Below the pieces are notes generated by a model, which saw only the letters and a list, made by a program, of their open reading frames with translations, had not been told where the DNA came from and made no database searches. The translations under genes and the position numbers were made by a program. A stretch of DNA of 64,000 nt from Bacteroidota bacterium. GTDB taxonomy: Bacteria > Bacteroidota > Bacteroidia > Bacteroidales > GCA-2748055. Positions 10,206 through 19,411 of the stretch are shown piece after piece (position 1 is the first letter of the stretch; each line of letters opens with the position of its first letter). The stretch is from NCBI GenBank assembly GCA_049325415.1, contig JBMOLL010000015.1, positions 14,923-78,922 of the forward strand, given 5' to 3'.

Positions 10206-11075
10206 ATGACATCACGAACCAAAAAGCTCTTCCGGTTTCTTTCACCCGGATGGCAGAGCCTTTTTATGGACTACCCGGTAAACTTCAGGCCCCGTTACGG
10301 TCCTGAAAATGCTCCTCATCCCTTCCTGATGGGAATTATCGAAGAAAGGCGTCCTGTTTACAGGGAATTCCTGCTTAAATCACTTGATTACGGCGATTTA
10401 TACACCAGATTTGAAAAAAAAGGGGGGGGGAAATCCCTTTCCCACGACCCGGAATATAATAATGGCTTTCTGCCCGGCCTCGATATCATCACATTGTACA
10501 CTATGCTGGCCGAATTCCGGCCGGAAACCTATGTGGAAGTAGGATCCGGAAATTCAACCAGGGTGGCTTACAGGGCGATCCGCGATCAGCACCTGAAAAC
10601 GAAGATCATTTCAATCGATCCTGCACCGCGCGCCGGCATGGACCGGCTGGCCGACCGGATCATCCGCGAACCCTTTGAAAACATCGACCTCGGTTTTATC
10701 CATTCCCTGAAACCCAACGACATCCTGTTCATCGATAATTCCCACCGGATCCTGCCCAACTCCGACAGTATGGTCTTTTTCCTGGAGGTATTGCCCCGGC
10801 TACCGGAGGGTGTGATTGTCCAGATCCATGATATCTACCTGCCCTATGATTACCCGCAGGATATGTGCGACCGCTTTTATTCCGAACAATACGGACTGGC
10901 CATTGCCCTGCTTGCCAATCCTGCCCGCTTTGAGATCCTGCTGCCCAATTTCTTCATCAGTGAAGATCCCGAACTAAGCGCCATTCTCAACCCGGTCTGG
11001 GAACACCCCAATCTGGAAGGTGTGGAACGGCATGGGGGATCGTTCTGGTTCAGGGTACGGCAGAACGGAGCCTGA
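10206..11075 (+). CDS. Class I SAM-dependent methyltransferase
   Basis: 289-aa ORF with SAM-binding motif I, VEVGSGNST. Same strand as the MBOAT pair. Confidence 0.7.
   Translation: MTSRTKKLFRFLSPGWQSLFMDYPVNFRPRYGPENAPHPFLMGIIEERRPVYREFLLKSLDYGDLYTRFEKKGGGKSLSHDPEYNNGFLPGLDIITLYTMLAEFRPETYVEVGSGNSTRVAYRAIRDQHLKTKIISIDPAPRAGMDRLADRIIREPFENIDLGFIHSLKPNDILFIDNSHRILPNSDSMVFFLEVLPRLPEGVIVQIHDIYLPYDYPQDMCDRFYSEQYGLAIALLANPARFEILLPNFFISEDPELSAILNPVWEHPNLEGVERHGGSFWFRVRQNGA
10414..10430 (+). repeat. A8G9 homopolymeric tract inside the methyltransferase CDS
   Basis: gaaaaaaaaggggggggg read directly from the sequence. It encodes EKKGGGK in frame. Confidence 0.95.
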
Positions 11076-11167
11076 AACATCATATCAAAAAAGCATAAAT
11101 TCTTAGAGGAACCCGAAAGGGCTAATAGTATTCTCTGCAAAGATTTTGCAGGATGAATACTTAAATT

Positions 11168-11300
11168 TGAATGCAATGGGGAAAATGCAAAATGGGGGAC
11201 AGTGGAAAATGCAAAGTGGAAAATGCAAAATGAAAAATGCAATGGGGAAAATGCAAAATGAAAAATGCAAAGTGGGAGACAGTGCTAAATGCAAAGTGGA
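11168..11300 (+). repeat. Left array of degenerate 14-bp (7-bp sub-period) tandem repeats, core ATGCAA(A)
   Basis: ATGCAA cores start at 11171, 11185, 11209, 11223, 11237, 11251, 11265 and 11289. Spacings are 14 or 24 bp. Confidence 0.9.
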
Positions 11301-11393
11301 AGATGATGATAGACTATTACCGAGAAAATTAATGATACTGAGATTTATCTCAGGCAGAAAATATTTAATAGACAGAATTCATTAGTAATCTTT

Positions 11394-11780
11394 ATGTCAG
11401 AATTTACGGATCAGCTGTCGGAACGTTTCCTAGATTTTTCAGTTAGTATCATGAGTCTGGAAAAAGAACTGTGCAAAACATACTCAGGCAGACACGTTTA
11501 TGGTCAGTTATTCAGATCCGGCACTTCCTGCGGAGCTAATTACGAAGAAGCAAGAGCCGGGGAAAGCAGAGCTGATTTCATTCATAAAATGCAAACAGTC
11601 CTAAAAGAAGCCTGAGAATCCGGGTACTGGTTGAAAGTTATTGAAAGAGGAAAACTCGTGCATTCAGAGAATAACAGTCTTGAATTCCTGATAAAAGAAT
11701 CAAAAGAACTATCAGGGATCGTTGCAAAGTCTATACTGACTGCCAGATCAAAATTAAACAAACCACCAAATACGGTTTAA
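11394..11780 (+). pseudogene. Four-helix-bundle protein (23S rRNA intervening-sequence protein family) interrupted by an in-frame TGA at 11613-11615
   Basis: The 73-aa ORF ends ...FRSGTSCGANYEEARAGESRADFIHKMQTVLKEA*. The same frame continues ESGYWLKVIERGKL... to TAA at 11778-11780. Together they form a 128-codon family-typical protein, and the stop sits where the family has Arg (KEARE-YWL). Confidence 0.7.
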
Positions 11781-11825
11781 TTCATTTATTTTCAATATAT
11801 TAGATATTATAAGGTTCATTTATAA

Positions 11826-11900
11826 TTTTGCATCTAGCATTTCTCATTCTGCACTTTTCATTCCCCATTTTGCATTTTGCATTTCACATTTTGCATTTTA
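11826..11900 (-). repeat. Right array of the same repeat family in inverted orientation (TTGCAT cores)
   Basis: TTGCAT at 11828, 11870, 11877 and 11891, plus variants TAGCAT at 11835 and CTGCAC at 11849. This is the reverse complement of the left-array unit. Confidence 0.85.
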
Positions 11901-11910
11901 AATTCTTCAT

Positions 11911-12465
11911 TCATCTCCTCAACTCCTCCAGCTTCTTCTCCAGCAGCTCTCCCCTCAGGTTCACGGCAAGGATGATCCCGTTGCCGTCGATCAGGAAGTT
12001 CCAGGGAATGCCCTGAACATGGTACTGGGCGGCCGGCACGGATTTCCATCCCTTCAGGTCGCTCACATGGGAGGGCCAGGTGAGCTTGTCGCTGTCGATG
12101 GCCGCCATCCATTGGGCCTTATCGGTATCGAGGGAAACACTGTAAATCTCGAAACCTTCTCCGCCTTTGAAGGAACTGTCGTGGTACTTCGCGTAGGTCC
12201 TCACCAGGTTGGGATTCTCCTGCCGGCAGGGACTGCACCAGGAGGCCCAGAAATCAATCAGGACGATCTTTCCTTTCAGGGAAGAAAGTGCAAGATCCTT
12301 CCCTTCGGGGGAGAGGTAGCTGAGCTCAGGAGCCCTGAGACCGATGGTCAGACCAATCTCCGGCTCATTTTCAGTTTGTAACGGCGTATTTTGCTCTGGA
12401 TTGGAATTGTTCTTACACGAAAATGAAAGAATCAATATTATTGATGATATAACAATTTTATTCAT
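11911..12465 (-). CDS. TlpA/redoxin-family thiol:disulfide oxidoreductase lipoprotein
   Basis: 184-aa ORF with a signal/lipobox-like N-terminus (ILILSFSCKN) and the thioredoxin motif FWASWCSPC. Confidence 0.85.
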   Translation of the reverse strand: MNKIVISSIILILSFSCKNNSNPEQNTPLQTENEPEIGLTIGLRAPELSYLSPEGKDLALSSLKGKIVLIDFWASWCSPCRQENPNLVRTYAKYHDSSFKGGEGFEIYSVSLDTDKAQWMAAIDSDKLTWPSHVSDLKGWKSVPAAQYHVQGIPWNFLIDGNGIILAVNLRGELLEKKLEELRR

Positions 12466-12606
12466 GATATTATTTGTTTGATTAAATACAAATTACGACA
12501 AAATAATTTAACCACGTAGACACAGGGAACACGGAGGTTCACAGAGCAGAAAAAATTTCCTCCATCTCTCCCGGTGTATTCTGTTTCTTCGCAGTACGTC
12601 TTAGCT

Positions 12607-13911
12607 CTAGGCTCTTGTAATCGCTGCGCCGATCTGATTCAGACGGGTATCGATACTTTCATACCCGCGGTCGATCTGGTCGATATTGTGAATGGTGGAA
12701 GTACCCTCGGCCGACATCGCGGCAATGAGCAGGGCCACACCGGCACGGATATCGGGGGAGGTCATGGTGGTGGCACGGAGGCGGATGACATTGTTAAGCC
12801 CGATGACAGTGGCCCGGTGCGGGTCGCAGAGGATGATCTGGGCTCCCATATCGATCAGCTTGTCGACAAAGAACAGGCGGCTTTCGAACATTTTCTGGTG
12901 GATCAGCACGCTGCCCTTCGCCTGGGTGGCCGTTACCAGGATCACGCTTAGCAGGTCGGGTGTAAGCCCCGGCCATGGTGCATCGGCAATGGTCATGATG
13001 GCCCCGTCGATAAAGGTCTCGATCTCGTAATGATCCTGTGAGGGGATGTAAATATCGTCGCCCCGGTGTTCCATCTTGATCCCCAGCCGTTCAAAGGAAG
13101 CCGGAATGATCCCCAGTTGCTCAAAGGCTACATCCTTGATAGTAAGGTCGCTGCGGGTCATGGCAGCCATCCCGATAAATGACCCGATCTCGATCATATC
13201 GGGGAGGATCGTATGTTCGGCCCCGCCCAGGGAGGTCACACCTTCAATGGTAAGCAGGTTGGAACCGATACCCGAGATCTTCGCCCCCATCTGCACCAGC
13301 ATCTTGCAGAGCTGCTGGACATAGGGCTCACAGGCGGCATTATAAATGGTGGTGGTGCCTTCGGCCAGTACGGCTGCCATAATGATATTGGCCGTTCCGG
13401 TTACGGAAGCCTCATCGAGCAACATGTAACAGCCCTTCAGCTTCGGGGCTTCCACATGATAGGTATAGGTCCTGATGTCGTAGTCGAACTCCGCCCCCAG
13501 GTTCAGGAAGCCCTGAAAGTGAGTGTCCAGACGGCGGCGTCCGATCTTGTCCCCGCCCGGCTTGGGAATAACCGCTTTACCGAATCGGGCAAGCAAAGGT
13601 CCCACTATCATCACCGAACCCCGGAGGGCCATGGATTTTTCGCGGAAATCTTCGGTTTTCAGGTAATCGATATTGACACCGTCGGCCTTGAAGGAATAAT
13701 CATGGGCAGAGAGTTTCCTGACAGTGACCCCTAGGTCGCCCAGCAGTTCGATCAGCTTGATCACATCCCTGATCACGGGGATGTTCCGGATGATCACTTC
13801 ACCGGGGGTCAGTAGGGTTGCACACAATATCTGCAGCGCCTCGTTCTTGGCGCCCTGCGGCCTCAGCTCACCGGAGAGGGAGCGTCCGCCTTCGATGATG
13901 AATTTGCCCAT
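12607..13911 (-). CDS. murA: UDP-N-acetylglucosamine 1-carboxyvinyltransferase
   Basis: The ORF reaches 13989, but the family-typical start is MGKFIIEGGRSLSGEL at 13911. Typical MurA sequence continues throughout (RPQGAKNEALQILCATLL). Confidence 0.93.
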   Translation of the reverse strand: MGKFIIEGGRSLSGELRPQGAKNEALQILCATLLTPGEVIIRNIPVIRDVIKLIELLGDLGVTVRKLSAHDYSFKADGVNIDYLKTEDFREKSMALRGSVMIVGPLLARFGKAVIPKPGGDKIGRRRLDTHFQGFLNLGAEFDYDIRTYTYHVEAPKLKGCYMLLDEASVTGTANIIMAAVLAEGTTTIYNAACEPYVQQLCKMLVQMGAKISGIGSNLLTIEGVTSLGGAEHTILPDMIEIGSFIGMAAMTRSDLTIKDVAFEQLGIIPASFERLGIKMEHRGDDIYIPSQDHYEIETFIDGAIMTIADAPWPGLTPDLLSVILVTATQAKGSVLIHQKMFESRLFFVDKLIDMGAQIILCDPHRATVIGLNNVIRLRATTMTSPDIRAGVALLIAAMSAEGTSTIHNIDQIDRGYESIDTRLNQIGAAITRA

Positions 13912-13924
13912 AGCAGGATGCGGG

Positions 13925-14542
13925 TTACTGTTGCTGTTGCTGTTTCTTCTTCTTGCCGGGGATTGGCTTCTTCTTATAGTTCTTGGCAAGAATGTCCTTG
14001 GTTTCGGAAAGCTTCATATCCTCACTCAGGCTGAACTTCCCGTCGGCCAGCACCTGCATGTCGTGCAGGATCTCCTCATCACTCACTGCCTCCCTGTTCC
14101 AGGTAAGGTAGGATTTCTTCATGTGATTGGCGATCATTTTGATCAGATCCTCCTTCTCCTCGCCCTCTTCCATTTCTACCGCCTTTTTGATCATCAGGCT
14201 GATGGAGTGACCGTAATGCTTGTACCGGATATTATTCTGGTTGTAAGGGGTCTTGTTCGGCTTCTGCTCAAGGACCTCCGGCTTGACGATCTCATAGGGA
14301 TAGTCTATATCCAGTTTAAAATCGGCAATAATCGCCAGGTGATCCCAGAGTTTATGTTTGAAATCGCTGTAATCGCGAAGGTGAGGATTCAGGTTGCCCA
14401 TCACCCCGATTAGAGTCCTGGCTGCCATGTTGCGTTCTTCACGGTCTTCGATGGTCAGCACATGATCCACCATCTTCTGTATATTCCGTCCGTATTCAGG
14501 AAGTATAAGCTGCTTCCTGCTGGTATTGTAATCGTAAGTCAT
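13925..14542 (-). CDS. DUF4290 domain protein
   Basis: 205-aa ORF MTYDYNTSRKQLILPEYGRNIQKMVDH... It lies immediately upstream of murA, the conserved Bacteroidota pairing. Confidence 0.8.
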   Translation of the reverse strand: MTYDYNTSRKQLILPEYGRNIQKMVDHVLTIEDREERNMAARTLIGVMGNLNPHLRDYSDFKHKLWDHLAIIADFKLDIDYPYEIVKPEVLEQKPNKTPYNQNNIRYKHYGHSISLMIKKAVEMEEGEEKEDLIKMIANHMKKSYLTWNREAVSDEEILHDMQVLADGKFSLSEDMKLSETKDILAKNYKKKPIPGKKKKQQQQQ

Positions 14543-14599
14543 TAATGATTTTTTTGCAAATCTAATGCTTTTTATGCAGCTCTCAAAATGTTACACAGC

Positions 14600-16924
14600 C
14601 TAAGGGGTGATTATCCGGAGATGGGCAAACTTCAGCAACAGCTGTTTCTTGCCGATGGGGAAATTCACGGTGGCCTTGACATTCGGTTCGCTGCCTTCAA
14701 GCGCCTCCACGGTACCGATCCCGAACCGGTCATGCTCCACCCTGCTGCCAACACGCAGACTGCCCGGTGACACTGCGGTCCCGGAAGCTGCGGTACTGCG
14801 TTCGGCACGTTCCATGTGTACCAGTTTGCGGTGACCTGCAACGGCCTGAGGAGGCGGGGAAGGTCTTTTTGGCTGATCGAAATGCGGGGGCCGGTATCCC
14901 TGTTCTTTCGGACGCTCCTCTTCCGTAAAGGGCGACTGGGGTAAAAAGTCGCGGGGAAGGACCAGGTAATTCTTATCAATCTCCTTAATGAAACGGCTGG
15001 GAGAGGCGGAGGTCTGCAGGCCCCACTTGTAGCGGGTTGCTGCATAGGTAATTGTCGCAGTGCTCATTGCGCGGGTAAGCGCCACGTAAAACAGGCGCCG
15101 CTCTTCTTCCAGGGCTTTCGGATCGGCGTTGTTCATCCCGCTCGGGAATAGCTCCTCCTCCATACCGGCAATAAAAACATGACTGAACTCCAGTCCTTTT
15201 GCCGCATGAACGGTCATCACGCTCACCTTATTCCGGTCCTCATCCTCATCGGTATCGGCATCGGTCATCAGGGTCACATCCTGCAGATATTCGGCCAGGG
15301 TGGCTTCTTCCGTCTCCCTGTTATTATCGGTAAAATCCTTGATCCCGTTGAGCAGTTCCTCGACGTTTTCCCAGCGGGATATGCCTTCCGGGGTCTTTTC
15401 CGATTTCAGGTCGGCGATCACGCCCGAAGTGCTGGCAATGGTATAGGCCAGGTCGAAGGCTTCCATGGTTTTCAGGCTTGCACGGAAACCGTTGATCATT
15501 GCTGTGAATGCAGTAAGTTTTCCCAGTGTACCCGCATTGAATTCCAGGTTGATCTGATGCAGGTGTTCCAGCACATCCCACATGGAGGTGTTCAGTTTTT
15601 CCGCATACATTATGATCTTGTCGATCGTGGTTTTTCCGATCCCCCGCAGCGGATAATTGATGATCCTTTTCATCGACTCATCATCGGACGGATTCACAGT
15701 TACCCTGAAATAGGCCAGCAGGTCCTTGATCTCCTTCCGCTGATAAAATGACAGCGAGCCGAAGACCCGGTACGGTATATTCAGTTTCCGGAGACTCTCT
15801 TCGAAGATCCTCGACTGGGCATTGGTGCGGTACAGAATGGCAAACTCCTTATAGGGATCGTGCTTTGAAAGATTGATTTCCGAGATCCTGGAGGCTACTA
15901 GAATGCCCTCTTCCCTGTCGTCGCGGCAGCGCACCACCTCGATTTTATCTCCTTCGTCGTTTTTCGAGAACAACTCTTTGGCAATCTGATCCTTATTCTT
16001 TGAGATCAGGCTATTGGCTGCTTTAACAATATTCTGGGTAGAACGGTAATTCTGCTCCAGCTTGAAGATCCGGTGAGAGGGATAATCCGATTTGAAATTC
16101 AGGATGTTCTCGATCCTTGCACCCCTGAAAGAATAGATGCTCTGGGCATCATCGCCCACCACGCAGAGGTTCTGGTGACGCTCTGCCAGTTTCTTGATAA
16201 TCAGGTACTGGGAATAATTGGTGTCCTGGTACTCGTCAACGAGGATATAGTCGAAGGCCTCCTGGTATTTTTTCAGGACATCGGGAAAATCACGGAACAG
16301 GATGTTGGTATTGAGCAACAGGTCGTCGAAATCCATGGCACCAAAACGCTGGCACCTTTTCACGTAGCGCATGTAAACCTCGCCAAGCTGGGGACGGCGG
16401 CTCATGGCGTCCTTCATCTTCAGTTCGCTGCTGGCCATGTAGGCATCGGGAGTGACCAGGTTATTCTTGGCAGAGGAAATCCGTCCAAAGACCTCGTTGG
16501 GCTTGTAGATGCTGTCGTCGAGATTCATCTCCCTGATGATACTCTTCACGAGACTCCTGGAGTCGATGGTGTCGTATATGGTATAGTCTGACGGAAAGCC
16601 CAGGTGCTCACCTTCCCTGCGCAGGATACGGGCGAAAACGGAATGGAAGGTACCCATCCATAGCGCCTGGGCCTGCTCGGGGGATACGAGAGCGGCAATC
16701 CTTTCCTTCATTTCACTGGCGGCCTTGTTGGTAAAGGTCAGGGCCAGGATCCGGTAGGGACGGACGCCATTGCTTAAAAGGTTGGCAATCCGGTAGGTCA
16801 GAACACGGGTCTTTCCCGATCCTGCACCGGCAATGACCAGCGCCGGCCCCTGGTAATTCACAACAGCCTCTCTCTGGGCACTGTTCAGTTCATTGATAAA
16901 ATCTTCCACACCTGTCATTTTCAT
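14600..16924 (-). CDS. UvrD/PcrA-family ATP-dependent DNA helicase
   Basis: 774-aa ORF with Walker A AGAGSGKTRVL, plus the motifs DEYQDTN and TVHAAKGLEF. Confidence 0.93.
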   Translation of the reverse strand: MKMTGVEDFINELNSAQREAVVNYQGPALVIAGAGSGKTRVLTYRIANLLSNGVRPYRILALTFTNKAASEMKERIAALVSPEQAQALWMGTFHSVFARILRREGEHLGFPSDYTIYDTIDSRSLVKSIIREMNLDDSIYKPNEVFGRISSAKNNLVTPDAYMASSELKMKDAMSRRPQLGEVYMRYVKRCQRFGAMDFDDLLLNTNILFRDFPDVLKKYQEAFDYILVDEYQDTNYSQYLIIKKLAERHQNLCVVGDDAQSIYSFRGARIENILNFKSDYPSHRIFKLEQNYRSTQNIVKAANSLISKNKDQIAKELFSKNDEGDKIEVVRCRDDREEGILVASRISEINLSKHDPYKEFAILYRTNAQSRIFEESLRKLNIPYRVFGSLSFYQRKEIKDLLAYFRVTVNPSDDESMKRIINYPLRGIGKTTIDKIIMYAEKLNTSMWDVLEHLHQINLEFNAGTLGKLTAFTAMINGFRASLKTMEAFDLAYTIASTSGVIADLKSEKTPEGISRWENVEELLNGIKDFTDNNRETEEATLAEYLQDVTLMTDADTDEDEDRNKVSVMTVHAAKGLEFSHVFIAGMEEELFPSGMNNADPKALEEERRLFYVALTRAMSTATITYAATRYKWGLQTSASPSRFIKEIDKNYLVLPRDFLPQSPFTEEERPKEQGYRPPHFDQPKRPSPPPQAVAGHRKLVHMERAERSTAASGTAVSPGSLRVGSRVEHDRFGIGTVEALEGSEPNVKATVNFPIGKKQLLLKFAHLRIITP

Positions 16925-17235
16925 TGAGCGGTCTAAGATACTACATGCCGTTCCAATACTCCCGTGTCGGCCCTGTTTTTTTATTAACCTGTTTTTAGAA
17001 GGAAACCGTGCCGGAACAGGGCGGACTGACAGTCAGCGGGTTTCGCCCCTTCTGACCGTGGAAGGCCCTCCTCCCCGGGATGGCCACCCTGTCCGTTCAT
17101 CCGTTAATGTGTCAGGCAGAAAAAATATCGTACGAAAGGTAAGGGAAATTGCAGGTATGAACGAAAAATTGCACCTTTGCCATTGCTTTTTGTATGAAAA
17201 GTGGAATTTTTTCGTTTTGAGAGTATAACCTTGGA

Positions 17236-18696
17236 ATGTTGAAAAGATACCAGACATATTTTTACCGGGGGATCATCACACTGTTCGCCCTGGGCATGAT
17301 AATGCAGAATGCCGGGGCACAGATCTCAGCGCCGCAGTCGGATTACCAGACCACTCTTCCGTACACCTCGGCCACAGCTCCCGATCCGCTTTTTGTTTTT
17401 TACCGCGACGAGGGGAACAGCACAACCGCCTCTCTCACAGCCCATCCGCCCACACCCTCCTCCTGCACCTTTGAATGGAGTAAATACAACCCCGGAACAG
17501 CAAGCTGGGTGCTCTTTCAGAGCGATACCGACCTTGCCACCTCGACTGCCGGCAATCTCTCCGACGGAGGGTACCGTGTACATATCAGCAACGGCTCGGA
17601 TATCGATACCGTATTTACAGCCTGGGTCATGCTGGATCATCTGCTGGTGGAGGTAGACAAAACGTCGGAGGGCAAGACTCCCCGTTACAATTATTCCTGC
17701 GACTTTCTGATCCTTTCGGGCACCATCACCCCGGAAACCTGGTACTACTACGATCCGGTGAACCATGATCAGCTCCTCCTGGAAAACGGGTATCGCTTCG
17801 AGTGGACCTCCGACAACAGCGATAACAGGATCTACAATGCCACAACAGTACTGACGCCCAATACCACCTACAATCCGCCGGTAAAGGACACGCGCTATGT
17901 CCTCACGGCTACCGACAGCCTGGGCATGGTGGTTGATGATTCGGTACTTTACGAGACGATAAATACCAAAGCCTCTTTCCGGGTTGAGTACCTCGATAAG
18001 GAAACGGATCCGCCGGCTTTCTCCACTTCACCCGGCCTGATGGATGCTCCGCTGACCGTGCGCTTTATCAACGAATCGGAAAACGGAGCTGAATTCGAGT
18101 GGGTTTTTGTGGATACGGCCACTGCCGCCGATAAACTCCTGGAGTACACCTATTCCCTTGACGCCTCGCCCGAATTTATCTATTATCACGCCGACGACTA
18201 TTACACGCCCTACCTCGTTAGCCGCAGCGACGATCCGCTTTCCCTGGAAGGCTGTATTGATACCTTTAGACTGGAGGAAGCGATCTATGTCCTCCCCTCG
18301 CAACTGAACATCCCGAATGTGTTTACCCCGAACGGCGACGGGATGAACGACTATTTCATTTTCAAGCACCAGTCGCTGAAAAAATGTAATCTCACGATCG
18401 TCGACCGCTTCGGCAAAGTCGTTTACAGGGTGAAGATCGACGATATTTATACCTGGGACGGATGGAACGGAAAAGTCCTCAACAGCGACAGGGATGCGCC
18501 CGAAGGACCCTATTTCTTTGTGATCGATGCCCTGGGCTATGATGATGTGGAGTACAAGGACCTGAATATCATTGAACAGTGGAAACAAAACAGGCAGAAT
18601 CCCACCGGAACCGGCACAACAGGAGGTACCGAAACTCCTTCAAATAACAAATACACAGGATGGGTTTACCTCTTCAGGTATTCCGGCGAATTCTAA
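17236..18696 (+). CDS. Secreted protein with T9SS type-B (gliding-motility-associated) C-terminal sorting domain
   Basis: 486-aa ORF with a signal peptide and the C-terminal motif IPNVFTPNGDGMNDYFIF. Confidence 0.85.
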   Translation: MLKRYQTYFYRGIITLFALGMIMQNAGAQISAPQSDYQTTLPYTSATAPDPLFVFYRDEGNSTTASLTAHPPTPSSCTFEWSKYNPGTASWVLFQSDTDLATSTAGNLSDGGYRVHISNGSDIDTVFTAWVMLDHLLVEVDKTSEGKTPRYNYSCDFLILSGTITPETWYYYDPVNHDQLLLENGYRFEWTSDNSDNRIYNATTVLTPNTTYNPPVKDTRYVLTATDSLGMVVDDSVLYETINTKASFRVEYLDKETDPPAFSTSPGLMDAPLTVRFINESENGAEFEWVFVDTATAADKLLEYTYSLDASPEFIYYHADDYYTPYLVSRSDDPLSLEGCIDTFRLEEAIYVLPSQLNIPNVFTPNGDGMNDYFIFKHQSLKKCNLTIVDRFGKVVYRVKIDDIYTWDGWNGKVLNSDRDAPEGPYFFVIDALGYDDVEYKDLNIIEQWKQNRQNPTGTGTTGGTETPSNNKYTGWVYLFRYSGEF

Positions 18697-18727
18697 TACC
18701 TCCGCCACCACAAGAAAGGGACATCAA

Positions 18728-19411
18728 ATGAAGGTTCTCCGGATATTATTCCTGCTCCTCCTCCTCTGTTCCATCGCGGCTTTCATCACCCTCGCTGCCC
18801 GTCATGACCCCGAAACCTGGCTGTTTGACACGATAGGTCTCATCGACGACCACCCCGCCGTCCTGATCCTCATCATCAGCCTGCTAACCATGGTTTTTAC
18901 CCTCACAGGGCTGCCGGTATTCTATCTTGCCATGGCCCTGGGCTATGTTTTTGGCTTTGGCGGCGGAAGCATTCTTGCCTGGCTCATCAACCTGCTGTCG
19001 GTGGCTCTCACTTTTGCCTCGGTGCGTTATCTCTTTTCCGACTATTTCAAAAAACTGGCCGACAGGAAAAAGTTCCTCGACCGTCTCAACGGCGGACTCG
19101 AAAAATACGGCACCTGGTATGTGGCATTTTCGAGGGCCATTTACCTGATCCCGACCAACGTCATCAACTATGGCTTCGCGCTGACGCGGATCAGGGGACG
19201 AAACTTTCTGGCAGGCACCGCCATCGGGCTCGTCACCGAATCGATTATCAATGCCGGTGCCGGTGCTCTGCTGAAAAAAGAGGTTCCGCTTATGGACTCC
19301 GACCTCAGCCTCCTCCGGCTGCTGATTGTTGCCGGCTCGGTGCTCCTGCTCCTGGTCCTGTTTCTCCTTTTTAAAAACCGCCAGGATAAGAAAAACACCT
19401 CTGGTGGATGA
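18728..19411 (+). CDS. TVP38/TMEM64 (DedA-related) family membrane protein
   Basis: The ORF 18572..19411 overlaps the previous gene. The internal ATG at 18728 (MKVLRILFLLLLL) gives a 227-aa polytopic protein of this type. Confidence 0.6.
   Translation: MKVLRILFLLLLLCSIAAFITLAARHDPETWLFDTIGLIDDHPAVLILIISLLTMVFTLTGLPVFYLAMALGYVFGFGGGSILAWLINLLSVALTFASVRYLFSDYFKKLADRKKFLDRLNGGLEKYGTWYVAFSRAIYLIPTNVINYGFALTRIRGRNFLAGTAIGLVTESIINAGAGALLKKEVPLMDSDLSLLRLLIVAGSVLLLLVLFLLFKNRQDKKNTSGG

Noticed and set aside
11103-11385. ORFs translated from the repeat arrays (10877-11242, 11103-11294, 11146-11385, 11828-12016), giving peptides such as MQNGKCKMKNAMGKMQNEKCK and HFAFHILHF.
   Set aside because: The periodic peptide sequence only mirrors the 7/14-bp DNA repeat. 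The ORFs overlap on both strands. They are treated as non-coding repeats.
11613-11615. TGA recoding or an alternative genetic code as the explanation for the split four-helix-bundle gene.
   Set aside because: TGA ends several full-length, family-typical genes in the window, for example at 11073-11075, 32886-32888 and 43608-43610. The standard code therefore applies, and a nonsense mutation is the simpler explanation.
11168-11900. Possible CRISPR array.
   Set aside because: The period is only 7-14 bp with no unique spacers. The two arrays are inverted relative to each other around a gene, and no cas genes are present.
13912-13989. N-terminal extensions in the ORF track: murA (to 13989), the GtrB-like GT2 (to 30598), the TVP38 protein (from 18572), the 30564 start and the ctaB 55392 start.
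   Set aside because: The extensions overlap neighbouring genes or promoter regions. They encode Arg/Ser-rich or implausible leaders. Internal Met codons reproduce the family-typical N-termini.
16925-17235. Possible small RNA or structured element in the 311-bp helicase/T9SS-protein intergenic region (palindrome CTGACAGTCAG, long-range GCCCTGTT/AACAGGGC pairing).
   Set aside because: The stems are short or have very long loops. There is no terminator-like T-run and no recognisable Rfam-type motif. The evidence is too weak to call a feature.
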